64,000 nt of DNA, from contig NC_086097.1 in assembly GCF_963921235.1 (NCBI RefSeq), positions 227,666,001-227,730,000 of the forward strand. Reading direction: 5' to 3'. The notes below the pieces were generated by a model, which saw nothing but the letters and a program-made list of their open reading frames with translations, made no database searches and was not told where the DNA came from. Source of the stretch: Mobula hypostoma (Eukaryota). Each line of letters opens with the position of its first letter. Position 1 is the first letter of the stretch. The position numbers were made by a program, and so were the translations under genes. This document shows, piece by piece, positions 63,091-64,000 of the stretch.

Positions 63091-63904
63091 AGGTGATCCC
63101 AAGTCTAGAACTGCAGATGGTGAAATTGACTACAGGAAGTGACAGTGATGCCAGTATTATATATTATCCTGGAAAGAAATCAATTTTCTCTTGAATAACG
63201 GAGAAAAGTGTAGTTTACTGAAGCTCTAAGCAATAGTACATTAGTCTTTGTTGCAAGAAGGTTGGATCATGAAAGATATTACTTCATTATGTAGGACTTA
63301 TGTGATCCTACCCCTGGAAAATTGAGTGTAGATTTGGTCTCATTACCAAGGAAGGATATATTTGATATAAAGGGAGCATTGATTTATTTCCTGAGGTGAG
63401 AGAGCTTTTCTATCGGGTCAAGCTGAGAAGAGCAATGCTTTACTTCATAAAGAATGAAAAAAAAATTCATTGAAACACACTTGTCAAAGGGTTGACAGGA
63501 TTGATTCTGAGAAAGGATTTCCCATGACTGGAAACTCTCAAGCCTTGGCTTATTGCTTAAAGGTAAGGACACAAAGGGAGTCAAGGGATGCAGGGCAGCT
63601 GGGAAAATGGAGCTGATCTTGCTGACTGATAAAATCAACCAAGATTTAAAATACTGGAACAAGCATGCACAATCAGTAGGGGAAACCTTCACCATCGAGA
63701 TTCCAAGGGTTGGGGTTCAATCAAAGACCTAAAGTTTTAAAACTTCAAACCACACTCCTCCACTTACAGACTGCCTATATTCTGATTTGAAGGAAGTGTT
63801 GCATAAGGTAACAAAGAAATCAATTCACTCCAAGGATGCAGATTAAAATCATAGAACCTTTTTTTGTGTAAAACGTGGCCATTTAGCCCATTGTATCCAT
63901 GCTG

Positions 63905-64000
63905 ATCAAAAACACGGTACATCATTAAAGACCCCTCACACCCTCTCCATGAACTGTTTGTTCTTCTGCCATCAGGCAAACGTTACAGGAGCATCAAAAC
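63905..64000 (+). mobile_element. Rex1/Babar 3' fragment (runs off window end)
   Basis: Translates IIKDPSHPLHELFVLLPSGKRYRSIK. Confidence 0.8.

Overview
Eukaryotic, repeat-dominated, non-genic DNA. The repeat content (CR1 and L2 LINEs, Rex1/Babar tails, HE1-type V-SINEs, abundant Neptune-type Penelope ends) points to a cartilaginous fish, probably a ray or shark; this is inference. I found no supportable host exon, rRNA, tRNA or CRISPR array, and all recognisable ORFs are transposon remnants. Contents: a Tc1 element split by a near full-length CR1 that itself holds a hAT MITE; several more CR1s; Rex1/Babar, L2, Gypsy and R4/Dong remnants; a Penelope RT/GIY-YIG copy; several SINE and non-autonomous families; and repeat-poor AT-rich blocks that may be regulatory. 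The most interesting signals are RNA-level. (i) A complete 631-bp non-coding RTE-related element (14227-14857, minus, perfect 13-bp TSD) has a 5' end that folds like an HDV-type ribozyme and a 3' module shared with a tRNA-headed SINE. (ii) A size-graded series of TSD-flanked fold-back Penelope ends carries minimal hammerhead motifs in inverted and tandem arrangements. (iii) A Dong-like element sits in its expected (TAA)n target. Boundaries of old repeats were read by eye and are approximate.
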